Assembly (NCBI GenBank): GCA_040954595.2
Contig: CM082596.2
Span: 4,980,181 to 5,044,180 of the forward strand
Reading direction: 5' to 3'
Length of the DNA stretch: 64,000 nucleotides
Origin: Balanoglossus misakiensis
Taxonomy: Eukaryota; Animalia; Hemichordata
Part shown: positions 11,704 to 24,000 of the stretch, piece by piece
Position numbering within the stretch: position 1 is the first letter of the stretch
How the letters are laid out: each line of letters starts with the position of its first letter
The notes under the pieces: model-generated
What the model saw: the letters and a program-made list of their open reading frames with translations, nothing else
What the model was told of the DNA's origin: nothing
Databases searched by the model: none
Made by a program: the position numbers and the translations under genes

Positions 11704-13518
11704 CTTTGAATGTAGTGGAGGCCAGGTAGCCAAATCAAACTATTGAGTGATAAAAATTAGCAATAACAAGTAGTGTTAGTAAACTTTGAATTCCAGAATG
11801 CACAGATTTTGACAAATTATTGTTGAATCCTCCATTCTCAGACTGCTGAAATTTACTTACATATCATTTGAATATTACATGCAATATTTTGTGGACAAGC
11901 ACATCACCTGAATTTGTATTTTCTTGAAATTTAATAACATTCGTTGTGAGTTTGATCAGTTAATTATGTGGGTATCACAAGATGTCATTTAAAGAAGAAA
12001 AAAACTGATTGTATTCAAGTATCATTTACAGTTCTATTTTATTACTATTCATCTTGCCATTAAAAACTTAAAGCTTCCAATATTGTAACAGTTTCATTCC
12101 ATGGTGCTGTATTATTTCAGACTTATTCATCAAAGACTGTCAAAACACAGTTATTTACTTTTGTGAAATATTTTTTTTTCTATTTTTCTAATATCTAGAC
12201 TTAAGACAACAGTAACACTTTTCCCTTTACAATTAAAAAAACTGAGATGTAATTCGATAAATGGGAACACAATCATGGTTATTGAGGACTGTGATCTAAT
12301 AGACTAAATAACTTAATATGTCTAATGTGTTTACCTGGATAGTCAGATCCATTGCTGGATGGATAATTGAAACTGCAGGGAAAACATAGCGTGTATGTCT
12401 CAGATGGTCAAATATTATACATTCACATATGATATATACAGCACATATACTTACAAAAGAAATTGACCAGACTATGTCTATGCAAATTACACATTTTAAT
12501 TTTGTTTTATTTAACTTTATTTAAGGTTACAATAAACAGCAATTTTTGTCTTGTTTATTAAAGCAAATATTTACATTTAACCCGATCAGGACGAAAACAT
12601 TATTTACAACTGAGTACATGCGTGGACCAGACAGTCAAAACAAGAGATACTGTGAACAAAACATTTGAACATCATTTTATGGTAGAAATCTCCCATAGGG
12701 TATCAGGGTTACACTCATATATCAATATATAGGAATATAGGTACATCACGGTTAGGAATTCAACACAGGAATGGATCGTGTCTAGTTGCTGTTACTGTAG
12801 CAGTTCTGTATATTTAAAGTGTACATGTACGTACTACAAGAACTAGTTACTATAAGAGGATGTACTATAAGAATTCTATGGTGAAGTTATATGGAATTAT
12901 GTGTATAGAGTTACTGTAGGAATTCTAGATCTGACGAATAATGTTATCTACACTAAAGGAATTATATAGAGATGTGTGATCTGTAGAGTTTAATCCATTG
13001 AGATAGAAATTGTAAAAGCAGAGTCCTGTTACCCCCAACCGACCACTACCAGTAGTCGTTTTATGTAACTGTCTTCCATTACTAATAAATCGGTTGAAAA
13101 CTTTAGATGTGTTCTAAAATATATCTGTAATCTGAAATATGTATACTAATAGATTGATAGTATAAACAGACATGTATTTTTCCATACAAAAACATATTTG
13201 TTGTAAGTTGTGATGGTTGGTATTTTTGAAGTGTAAATGTTTCATTTTTGTGTCTGGATATTCAATAAATATCTATGGTTATATGTTAAATCTGTCTTGG
13301 AAATTCCTTAAAACCCATGGTGTGAATGGTCAATGCTCAGATGTAAGTTTGAATAAATATAAAATTTCACATGTTATTTGATGTTGTGAGGTTTTTGCGC
13401 TTGTCAAAACATTCTATTAGCACCAGATAATGGTGAGATAATATTGCAGTCATCTGCACCGCTTAATCGAGGACAAACTGGGAGCACAAAGTTATCGAAC
13501 ATTCCATGCTGAACTCCA

Positions 13519-13650
13519 GGAAAGTCCCAGAAATACTTTAAAAATAAAACGGCATTTCTATGGTCACAAAATAATGACGTCATGGTGCCGATGAGCGCCA
13601 CCAAGCGGCCTTTTCAGGACACGGTTTGGGGGAATCCCCTTCACTTCCGG
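13519..13650 (+). promoter_or_regulatory. Promoter of GHKL-RING paralogue 1: two NF-kB sites, CRE, ETS and CTCF-like motifs
   Basis: GGAAAGTCCC 13519-13528 (reverse of canonical GGGACTTTCC), TGACGTCA 13575-13582, GCGCCACCAAGCGGCC 13595-13610, GGGGGAATCCCC 13628-13639, CACTTCCGG 13642-13650; a non-coding exon donor CAG|GTATGT follows at ~13723. Confidence 0.6.
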
Positions 13651-14289
13651 GTTTGGTTTTGTCTCCAGTCCAGGCATGGATGCATGATCGAAGTAAAGTC
13701 GTCTGTATGAGGAGAAAGCACAGGTATGTATTGATTGAGTTTGCATTAGCTATTACCCACCGTGAAAGAGACGATGTGGGACCAAATTCAGATGAAAATT
13801 GTGTAAATGTTTCTATTTATTTGCGTATAATCTCATAGTACTCAAAACAACTGAGCACCCAGCCATAGCATTAGTTTGTCGGTGACGCATGATAGTAGTA
13901 AGTGGTAATTTTCGGTCACCAAACTGAAGTGGCTGTCTTAACCCTGTGGTAAAATACGTAGCGGGACTCCAGTGCCAGGCCCACAGGCTGTGTGAGTGTG
14001 TCAGTTGACATTACTGCCTGTATACTATAGTATAAAGTATAATACAGTTCTTGAAAGGAAGCAAAGTATTAGAATATTTGGAAATGTACCAGGGACTTCA
14101 AAAAACAACAAAAAGTATAGGATACTTTTGTATAGACTGCAGCCTGCTATCCTCAGTTTGTTCTTGCATATAATATAGACAGCAGAAGTGTTTGTCTGGG
14201 ATCTTGTCACCCATTTCGGATATGTGAGAAACAACTGCACTCCACATCACTGTTTCAAATGTTCAATCTATTCCCCTAATGCAGACTCA

Positions 14290-17200
14290 ATGGATTGTTA
14301 CCAGCACAATCCCAAGCAGTGCAAAGTGGTGCTTCTAAACCTGACTGCCAGGTATGCACCGGCTTGGTCGCACTGGGAAGGCATCCGGGAATTCATACAG
14401 AACTGGCACGATGGTATCTTTGATGCAAGCGATAAAGAAGTTGAAAAGTGTCCATTATTAATTGCTAATAGCCAAATAGTGAAGTTTAATTTGGTAAGTT
14501 GTAACTCGATCATAGGAAATAGTAGGGATGCATTATCCATGTAATCTAAATAACTGATAAAACCTATGCAGTCCCTATTGACTAACAGTAACATACATAC
14601 ATGTACATGTTCTTTATCATATTGCATGGTAAACATTCATGAGGTTGGTTATAATGCATACATGTATATGCATCAAATGGTGATTGTATTATGAAGACAT
14701 GTTATGATCTTAGTTCTAACTGTTGGCTTTTATGTTAATCCCTTTAGATCCGTGATGATGCAGAAGAAGTGGTTTACGAAGCCATAGTCGAAATTCCTGG
14801 CAGAGATGATAAGTGCTACGGATCCCTCCATTACGATAAATCCTGCAAACGACTCACACTCATTAACAGAGGAATCTCGCTCCAGAAAAAGATACTCCTC
14901 CTGGGTTACTCGTCACACACCAGAAATCCACAGGTGATCGGCCAGTTTGGGGAAGGACTCAAAATCGGCGCTCTCGCTCTGGTGAGACAGAGTCGATATG
15001 TTACCATGGAAACCAACAAAGAGAGGTGGCAGTTCGCTCTTCATCCGTATGAGCAGTATGGCGGTGAACAGGGACTGGTGGTGTTAGTCACCCAGTCTGG
15101 TAAGTGGTTCTACAGATCCCACAAAGTATATAGCTACATGTAACTGTGAAATGTTCAACCCAGTTACTGTGTAACCACTGTGGAACTTAGTGGAAGATGA
15201 CATTTTTGACCTCAAATACATGTACAGTACTCCTGGAAAACCATAGGAATAGGTCCGCCAACTTTAGTTTTGAACCCTGGACAGGATATATCAGGGCCAA
15301 AGCAAAGATCACATAACCCAAATGTGCATGTTATGAAACTGAAACTTATATTCAATCGTGTTTAACGAACTTAACTTTTGATATGAAGAAGATGCACTAA
15401 TGAAATTCTCCTGTCTCTTCACTTCTAGATCTAATGTGTACTGATCAATATGAGCATCTGGACTTGATTTTTCCACCCTGGTAAGAACACTGAGAATACA
15501 TTTCACATTCTGTCACCCATATATGCTGTTGTATGTCAGCTAAACTTATTGTCAAATAAGCATATAGCATCAGTCTCAAAGTCTCTGCAAATGCACGTAT
15601 ATTACCAATACCTGGCAAAATACAGTATGTATTTCACAATTCATGGTTATCAAGAACTACCAAATACATATATTACATGGATTGCTTCACACACACAGCC
15701 CTGTTGCATTGCAAGAAGATGACACTTCGTCATCCATATCGTCAATTTACGAAGATGAATTCAACGAGTGCAGGAAACGGTTCCTGTTTCTGACCCCACC
15801 GAAAGAATCAGTCGAAACAGAAATTGGTACGTTGAAAGATTTGTACATACACAGACAATACTTTTCATTGGTGGAAGACAGAATGTAACTAACAATTGAA
15901 GATAAAGTTTATTCTGTTTCCACTTTTTGATAGTTGTTCATATGTGCTGTCTCCTACTGGTTGTCAAAAAAATTCCAATGTTAAAGACTTCCAGAGACTA
16001 TTTTCTCTGAAATGAGCTTGTCTCAAAATCTTTCATCCAAACTTTTATTTGAATCAGTATTCTTGTTTTCTTGTTGTTACAGGTACCCTTCTACTGGATC
16101 CTCAGTTTTCTGGCAATCTGTTTGTGAAAGGCAGCTTTGTGGTCGACTTGCGTGAAAATGATTTGGTGACTGGTGTGGATTTCTCCGATCTGAAAATTGA
16201 CAGAGACAGAAATGCTGTCCCTCAACTCAGCGAGATTGATCACAAGGTATTTATTGTATGTTGATATTCTATGTGCCATTCTATCAATGTCTGTCAAATA
16301 TCGAGGAGGCATTCTCCTTGGATTCAATATCAATACAGTGTCATTTATCTTGTGATGAACCGTTTTTCTTCTTCTTCTATAGATCAGCTGCATGTGGCCA
16401 AGGGCTCTTGAAATCAGAAACGATTTAGCTCACAGATATTATGATCTGCTTGAGCAACACCCGTAAGTAAATGTTCTGCTTTCTTAGGACAGGTCTTTTA
16501 GTGTATGGTAATGTGTTGGAATGTAATGAGTCCCTGTGTAGTGTAGTGTGTACTGTACTGTACTGTACTGTACTGTACTGTACTGTACTGTACTGTACTG
16601 TACTGTACTGTACTGTACTGTACTGTACTGTACTGTACTGTACTGTACTGTACTGTACTGTACTGTACTGTACTGTACTGTACTGTACTGTACTGTACTG
16701 TACTGTACTGTACTGTACTGTACTGTACTGTACTGTACTGTTGGATTATAAGGAGGAGATCAGGATGACTTTGTCTATAAATGACACTAATTTCTTTCAT
16801 TTGTAGAAACTGCAGAGATGTGAGACACGCAATAAACTATGCAGGTAATGGTGACCCCTGTGTACCAAAGCTAATTGCCGAAGAATTTGCCAAGTAAGTC
16901 GTGTCTCATATGTTGTCTGGTATGGATTTTCTCTCGACATTATAACATCATAAATGTAAAGCTTGCACTGTCTGTAAGGTTTCTTACAAATTGAAAATAA
17001 ATTATCTCTGTTATTTTTGACTAGGAAATCACCAGATAATGCCTTTCCAGTCTCAAGTTCCCATCCTAAACATGACCTGCCTAACTTGAAGCAAGAACTG
17101 GGACTGGAAGTAAGTTGTCGTACAAAATAATGTCTTCCGTGTTTGATGGGTAGCCCTTTCAGACAATTGTATGGTGGTACATGTAAATTTGTGTAACTAC

Positions 17201-19620
17201 CGTATGTTACTAACGAAAAACAAAAATCACCACCAACATACCATGTATGTACATGTAAATTAGAGGTGACATTGACCAATTTTAAATTATTCCTTTGCAG
17301 ATTGTTGTGGTTAACGACACCTTGCTCACCCTTCTTCACTTATCTGGCCGCTACAAGACCCTTCAACAACAGAGAGAGACACTGAAACCGGACAAGTCCA
17401 ATCTAAGGCCACAGAAAGTTCTCACCAAGGCAGAGAAAAAAGTCATTCAACAAGCGGTCAGGACTGTCAACGACATTGATCCTGAGCTGACAGATGAAAT
17501 GATTGTTGTTATTGACACTAAAAGCGAAGAGGTAATGATAATAATTTATGAATTATTTTTTTAAATTAATACATGTAGTTTTGCTAGCTACCCTTTTGTA
17601 GGAAGGAACTCTCGCGACCAGAATAATTCTATCACCTTTCCAAGTACACAAAGTTCATCTTGGCAATCTTGTCTTGGGTCTGGGTAATCTATATGTATAA
17701 GACAACTGACGGAAATATTTATTGGCATGTATTTTTAATCCCCCATTTGTGGGTTGCCTCTCACAGAAACCAGCCATCCGGGACGACAAAATCGAAATCC
17801 CCATCTGGATGCTGAAGGCCGACGTGGTCCACAAGAACGGCGAGCTGTGCAAACTGAGCCAGAACAAATGCTGGTGTCGGCAGATCCGCCTGTGCAACGC
17901 GCTGGTGCACCTGCGGAAAGACCAGATCGGAGCCCAGCCCGGTCGTCATGCCAAAGAGCCCCCGCCCGACCAGACGCTGATGGCTCTGCAGTCGCAGTTC
18001 GTCGGCAGGGAAAACGAAAAGGCTCCGCCGTACTGCGTTGACGTGCACCAGCTCGGTAACGTCTTGGACAGCGATGCAGCGCACGCTAAATGTGTGCAGG
18101 ACGAAGAGCACTTGAGGAAAGAAATCAAGAGAATTAAGGTAGGCACTAAAATCAGGGTTCTCCCCACGTTGGTCAGCAGTGGTCAGTCTATCCCTTGCGC
18201 GATCTCGCAATGCGCAGAGAGTCATCTTACAATTCTCTCTCTCTCCCTCCTTCAGATTGAACAAATGCAAAGCCAGAAGGAACACCAAGATGAGCTGGCT
18301 AAACTGAACCAGGACTGTATGGTGGTGAGGAAAGACCTGATGAGTAACATGGTCCGAGATGCAAATGTGGACCAACAGATGGCAGAAGTGAAAGAGCAAT
18401 ACCAGCAACAGCTCGAGGGATTTAAACAAGGAAAAATGGCATGTGTAGTTATAATTGTTTACAAAAATTTGAAACACATGACATACCGGTACATGTACCA
18501 TACCATACCATACTATAACATAACGTAACATAACATAACACATGTACAGCAAAAAAAATGAAAACTCTGCAAGATATTATTTTTTGTTATTAACCATAAT
18601 TATTTTATGACATTTCAGTCCGAGTTGACAGAGAAAGATGCAAATATCAAAGAACTGGACGACGAACTGTTGGAACTCCAGAAAGATTTAAACCACAAGC
18701 AGAGGTTACTGCAGGAACAACAGTATCACGTGGACCGGCATTCCAAGAGTTTGGATCACAGGCACACGGCAATGATGGAGAAAGTGCGACATTTTAGAAT
18801 GACACTGGAGGAAAAGTACGAAGGGAATAAACTTGTTTCAAGTTCTGTTACACATACTTGCATAAATATTATACTTTGGTGGCAGTTTCGACCTGCACGA
18901 CAGAAAACAGATTATTTAAATTGATAGAGAAAGTTCGCCAGTACTATGTAATGCTCTTTTATACTAAGTTACACCCATAATTCTGTTGCAGTTGTGTGAT
19001 AGACCCCAATACCTGTGAATTGTCATATACATGCATAGAGAAAAGTGGGAATCATATTCTAGTTTAAGATGTTAACCACTTTTTCATTTTCCAGGGCAAA
19101 GAAAGTCAAAACACTGGATACGAGTAAGAAGAAGGATGGAAACTATGCCCACACTCTTTGTCAACAGTTAATAACTACATGCTATGATATACGCAGTGAA
19201 TTGGAGGTGAGTTAATTAAATATATGTTGGCAAGTACCGCAAAAGATCATTCTTCTGGGGTCAGAGAGTTACTCAAGAAATACTCCTGTGCCATCAACCC
19301 ATATTATCACTTTATTATTTATGCTAAAGAATGTGTGTAAACACTGATATCTAACACTTCAAAAGTACCGGTACATAGTACTTGTACAGCTGACTGGAAC
19401 TTTTAAACTGATCTCGTTTCTGATAATGCCTTTTGTCTTCTGTTTTCAGGGACAGTCCTACATGTGCATCAAATGCAAAAGTAGAAAGCGCTCCTACGTT
19501 GTGTTTCCGTGCTGCCACTACAAGTTCTGTGAAGTTTGTGCCACACACTTCATAGGCAAACGCTGTCCAGTTCAAAACTGCAGAAAAGTTGTAGAGGAAG
19601 CAAAAAAAATGTATGAATAG
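14290..19620 (+). CDS. GHKL-type ATPase - Cys-rich - coiled coil - RING protein, paralogue 1 (~805 aa, 14 coding exons)
   Basis: Exons 14290-14493, 14748-15099, 15429-15480, 15699-15826, 16083-16246, 16383-16462, 16807-16893, 17025-17109, 17301-17531, 17767-18138, 18256-18438, 18619-18815, 19095-19206, 19450-19620 join in frame (2418 nt). Motifs REFIQNWHD (N box), LINRG (G1), IGQFGEGLK (G2); C-terminal CIKC...PCCHYKFCEVC...CPVQNC RING. Confidence 0.85.
16551..16740. repeat. (TACTG)n microsatellite, intronic
   Basis: Perfect pentanucleotide array of ~190 bp. Confidence 0.99.
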
Positions 19621-20189
19621 TCGTTTATTGCATTGGAAGGATTTTTAGTATGGTGTAGCAGGATGATGAAAACCCAGACTTCCACTGATATCCATGGATG
19701 TGTTTCTGTTTTGAAATTCTGATCTACGAACGCCTGGATATGTTTCCTAATCACTTTTTGCTGGTGCTTATCCAAAGGTAAAATGAAACAAAGTCAGGTC
19801 TATCTGGTGCCTAATCATGGGTGGGGCTTAATTGAAGGATTACACTGTACTGAAAATAGCCATAGCTCTTGCAAGTATAGTAAAGTACAGGAATGTCCTA
19901 TTGACTGAGATGAGAATGGTTGGGATTAATCAAGATTTCTTGCCTAGTGTAACTGACATATGTCAAGTTGTGTATCTTTTTGTAATAAAAGGCTTCAACA
20001 GCTCATAATGACCATAGATAGTAATTTTGTAAATTATTGTTGTAAACATTTTCTCATGAAAAAAGTGTGTACATTGTCCTTTAATAAAGAAAATAATTCT
20101 TGTTTAAAGTTTCAGTGTCTGTATCCTGTATCTTAATGTATGTAAGAATGCATGCACATACATATACAAGTAATTGTATGTATGTATGT

Positions 20190-20291
20190 AGTTTCGAATT
20201 TCTCCTATATTTATCTTGCTTGAATTCTGAGTTTTCGCTCTGACCTGACCTGACCTGACCTGGCGTTTCTGACCTGTGACCTATGACGTCA
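20190..20291 (+). promoter_or_regulatory. Putative promoter of paralogue 2: CRE, ISRE-like motif and TGACC array
   Basis: AGTTTCGAATTTC near 20190, (TGACC)4 at 20241-20260, TGACGTCA 20284-20291; probable non-coding first-exon donor GCAG|GTACAT at ~20627. Confidence 0.4.
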
Positions 20292-20755
20292 CGTTCGTTC
20301 GCCAGTTTGGCGTTTGTTCATATATTTGTCGGTCGGTACTGAAAACTAGGTTGCGTGTTGCAGGGATGGATTTATAAAAAGCGGTAAGTGGCGAACATGC
20401 AATGATCAACTTGCGACAAGTAACGACGTCGCTGTTTTTCTTCGGTTATGTGTCTGTCATGTGAGATATCCGATATGGGACTCACATGTGTACATGTCGA
20501 GCCATAATATTTAACGTAGCCATTTTGTTTCGGAAAGATTACCCACGATTGCGTTCGAGTCATCGGGTATTTTGTGTGGAAGATTTGTACTCATAACCTG
20601 CGTAGCTCTCGACTTCGTTTACCGCAGGTACATTTAGATATTTTGTTTTGAAATAGCATGACGCAGTGAACGGTGAGCAGCGATTTTAAAACTTCCGTAT
20701 CGCGTAAGGTCATTTAAGGTCATGAATGAACATGGCCGCGCACAACACAGTTTTT

Positions 20756-20839
20756 ACCACAGGCTCTGGAATACCACTAACCTGGAGGGCTCGATTCGGC
20801 CCCCCCCCCCCAGGTTAGTGGTATTCCAGAGCCTGTGGT
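20756..20839. repeat. Perfect ~30-bp inverted repeat (mini fold-back/MITE remnant)
   Basis: ACCACAGGCTCTGGAATACCACTAACCTGG ... CCAGGTTAGTGGTATTCCAGAGCCTGTGGT with a ~24-nt C-rich spacer. Confidence 0.9.
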
Positions 20840-21093
20840 TAAAACATGTTACCAAGCAACCAGTTGTGTTTCAACTTTCATGCGACATATTTTGTTAGGT
20901 AGATTATTTTTTTACACCCACACCTGTTCTGGTTTTCCTACTTTTTTCACCAACAAGTGAAAGCAAACTTGAGAATGCCATTTTCCTTTCGTTTATATTT
21001 TACAAGTTTGATTGATTATAATTTCAGGATTATTAATGCTCCAGGCAATTTCAAATATTGGCTGCAACCCCACATGACAGTCAAGCTGAAACA

Positions 21094-24000
21094 ATGGATG
21101 TCCCTGTGCGAGAAGAGTGCAAAGTAGTGCTTCTGAACCTGACTGCCAGATACGCAGCGGCTTGGTCGTACTGGGAAGGGATCCGGGAATTCATACAGAA
21201 CTGGCACGATGGTATCTATGATGCGTGTGATAAAATTCTCCGAGCAGATGGATACATGTACAGGGAGAAGCAGAAAGTGGATTTTGCACGGGTAAACAAT
21301 AATTGATCACATTTTATCTTTGCTGATGATATATAATGTGTTATACCATGTGTTGTATTTGAAGAATAGCAATAAACTGCAGCACTGTACTCATTTCGAT
21401 TTATGTTGAATTATTTTCTTCTGTTTCCAGATAACTGATGATGACAATGAAGTGGTTTACGAAGCCAGAGTTACAGTTCCTGACAAAGGGGAAGTATGCT
21501 ACGGATCTCTCCATTATGACAAATCCAACAAGCGACTCACACTCATTAACAGAGGAATCTCGCTCCAGAAGAAGATACTTCTCCTGGGTTATTCCTCGCA
21601 CACCACTAACCCACAAGTGATCGGCCAGTTTGGTGAGGGACTCAAAATCGGCGCTCTCGCTCTGGTGAGGCAAGGACGGTACGTTACCATGGAAACCAAT
21701 AAAGAGAGGTGGCAGTTCGCTCTTCATCCGTATGAGCAGTACGGAGGTGAACAGGGATTGGTGGTGTTAGTCACCCAGTCTGGTAAGTATAGCTGGTATT
21801 ACTGAGCAACCATGACAACGTAGATTATGGCACCAATCAGTGAAATTTTATCTGGACTCATTTTGAAACTCTCAGGACATCATCAGAGATTGAACATCCT
21901 CAATGCTCCATCACCAATCTTCATTTCTTTTTATTTTACTTACAGAAAGGATACACTGTGAACATGAGGAAGACATAGACTTTATTTTTCCCCCATGGTT
22001 TGTGAATTCTATTTACTGTATTTCTGAATTACTTTCGGTCAATATTAATTATTGTGATTTTATTATATTGTGATCAATTTGCGTACAGTTTTCTGTTCAG
22101 TACTGATGCTCATTTGTAGATGAACTATGTTTGTAAATGAAGCAAATCCAAGTTTTGGCATGACTTTACTTTGCAGCAATCATGGAGTTACATCTCACAT
22201 TTGGTATTTTGTTGTTTATTTTTGTTATTTACAGTCCTGTGGATCTGAACGAGAACGATACCTCGTCATCCATATCTTCAATATCCCCTGAAGAATTTGA
22301 ACAGTGCCGGGAAAGATTCCTTTTCCTGACTCCGCCCAAGGACCACGTGAAAACCGAAATTGGTTGGTATTAGTATAAGCCCAAGATTTTTTAAAATTTA
22401 TAGTGGCTAAAAATTAATATTTTTGTATTGTGACTAATGTGAGATATTGTTTCATTTTCCAGTTAAACCTTCTCTAATCAGTGAATCTCAAATAATCCTA
22501 AAACGATACCATGTCTTCATACATTGTAGGTACCCTGTTACTGGATGAAATATTTACGGGTGCGTTGTTTGTAAAGGGAAGCTTCGTGGTGGATTTGAGA
22601 AAAGATAGTTTGAGAACTGGTGTGGATTTCTATGAACTGAAAATTGACAGAGACAGAAATGCTGTGCCCAAGATCAGTGAGATTGATCATAAGGTAGGAG
22701 ACAATTTTTTTGTAATTATTTATTCTGTAAATTTGTAAATACACATTTTCTACTATCCACAAAATATATGACAATTAATGCATTGTTTTTCTTCATGTAC
22801 ATGTACTTAGGTTAGCTGCATGTGGCCAAGGGCACTGGAAACGAGAAATGACTTAGCATATAGATATTATAACCTCCTGATGAGAAACGCGTAAGTATCA
22901 ATGTAATCAATTCTCACCTAATGTGACAGAGACAAGGCATGTACATGTATGTCCATTGATTGAAGTTCTAATACTTATTTCTTTTCTTTTCTATGCAGAG
23001 ATTGTAGAGATGTAAGACACGCAAAAACCTATGCCAATGCAGACGATTCGTGTGCACCACGATTGATTGCTCAAGAATTTGCCAAGTAAGTTCAGTGAAC
23101 TGTTAATCTAGTTAAAAAGCAACTATAAATTTTTGATAGATATTGACCATGACATTTCAGGGTACTGGCATATGGTATATCCAGGTACATCTACATGTAT
23201 GGGAATTAGGCCTATCCTGAATTCATTTCTCTGCCGAAAGTCGTCTTAGTTTGAATGTATCTTAACCTGTTCATTGTCCTTGTATTCTCCAGAGAATATG
23301 GCGATGGAGCCTTTCCGATAGCCGATACATTTCATTCCAGCCAAGCTGCTGCTTTTCAACATGAACTGGGGAGGCGAGTAAGTGAAATACGATTACTACC
23401 GGTAACTTAGAAACTGGTATACTAATAGCAAAGGGGCCAATGCTATGTTCAAAAATCCTGTCACGGTGAAAGAGTTATATAGCGTATTGTCAGAGCCCCT
23501 GAGATCCTGGTCCTCCCCATCTCAGCTGCACAGTCATCGAACACTGAATGTTGAACACTATATCCTCACATTTACACAGATAGTACAGGTCAACGAAGTC
23601 GTCCTCAGCATTCTACTGCAGTCGGGCAAGTACGAAACCCTGGACGAAGCCAGGGAGAAGCTGAGACCGGACAAGACCAATGTGAGACCGCTCTCCGACC
23701 TCACCCCTGAACAGAATTCGGTGGTGAAGCAAGCAGTGGACATGGTAAACAAAGTCGATGTCCACTTGAAGCTCAAGATGATTGCTGTCATCGACACAAA
23801 ATCTGAAGAGGTACATGTAAATAATACACTGAATTAAATGATAATATTTGATAAAAGTATATAAACAGCAATATATTGCTTAATTACTAGAATAAATGTG
23901 TAAAGTCCTCACTGGTTGGGAGAGTACTCGATGCAATTCTGCATGCAGAGCAGTTTGTACATCAAAGTCTTTGTTGAGGTAACCAGTGGTGAAGTTGTGA

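Noticed and set aside
16471-16806. ORFs with VLYCT / YSTVQ repeats
   Set aside because: Translations of the (TACTG)n microsatellite inside an intron.
17761-18552. 263-aa - strand ORF
   Set aside because: Antisense to exons 10-11 of paralogue 1; no independent evidence.
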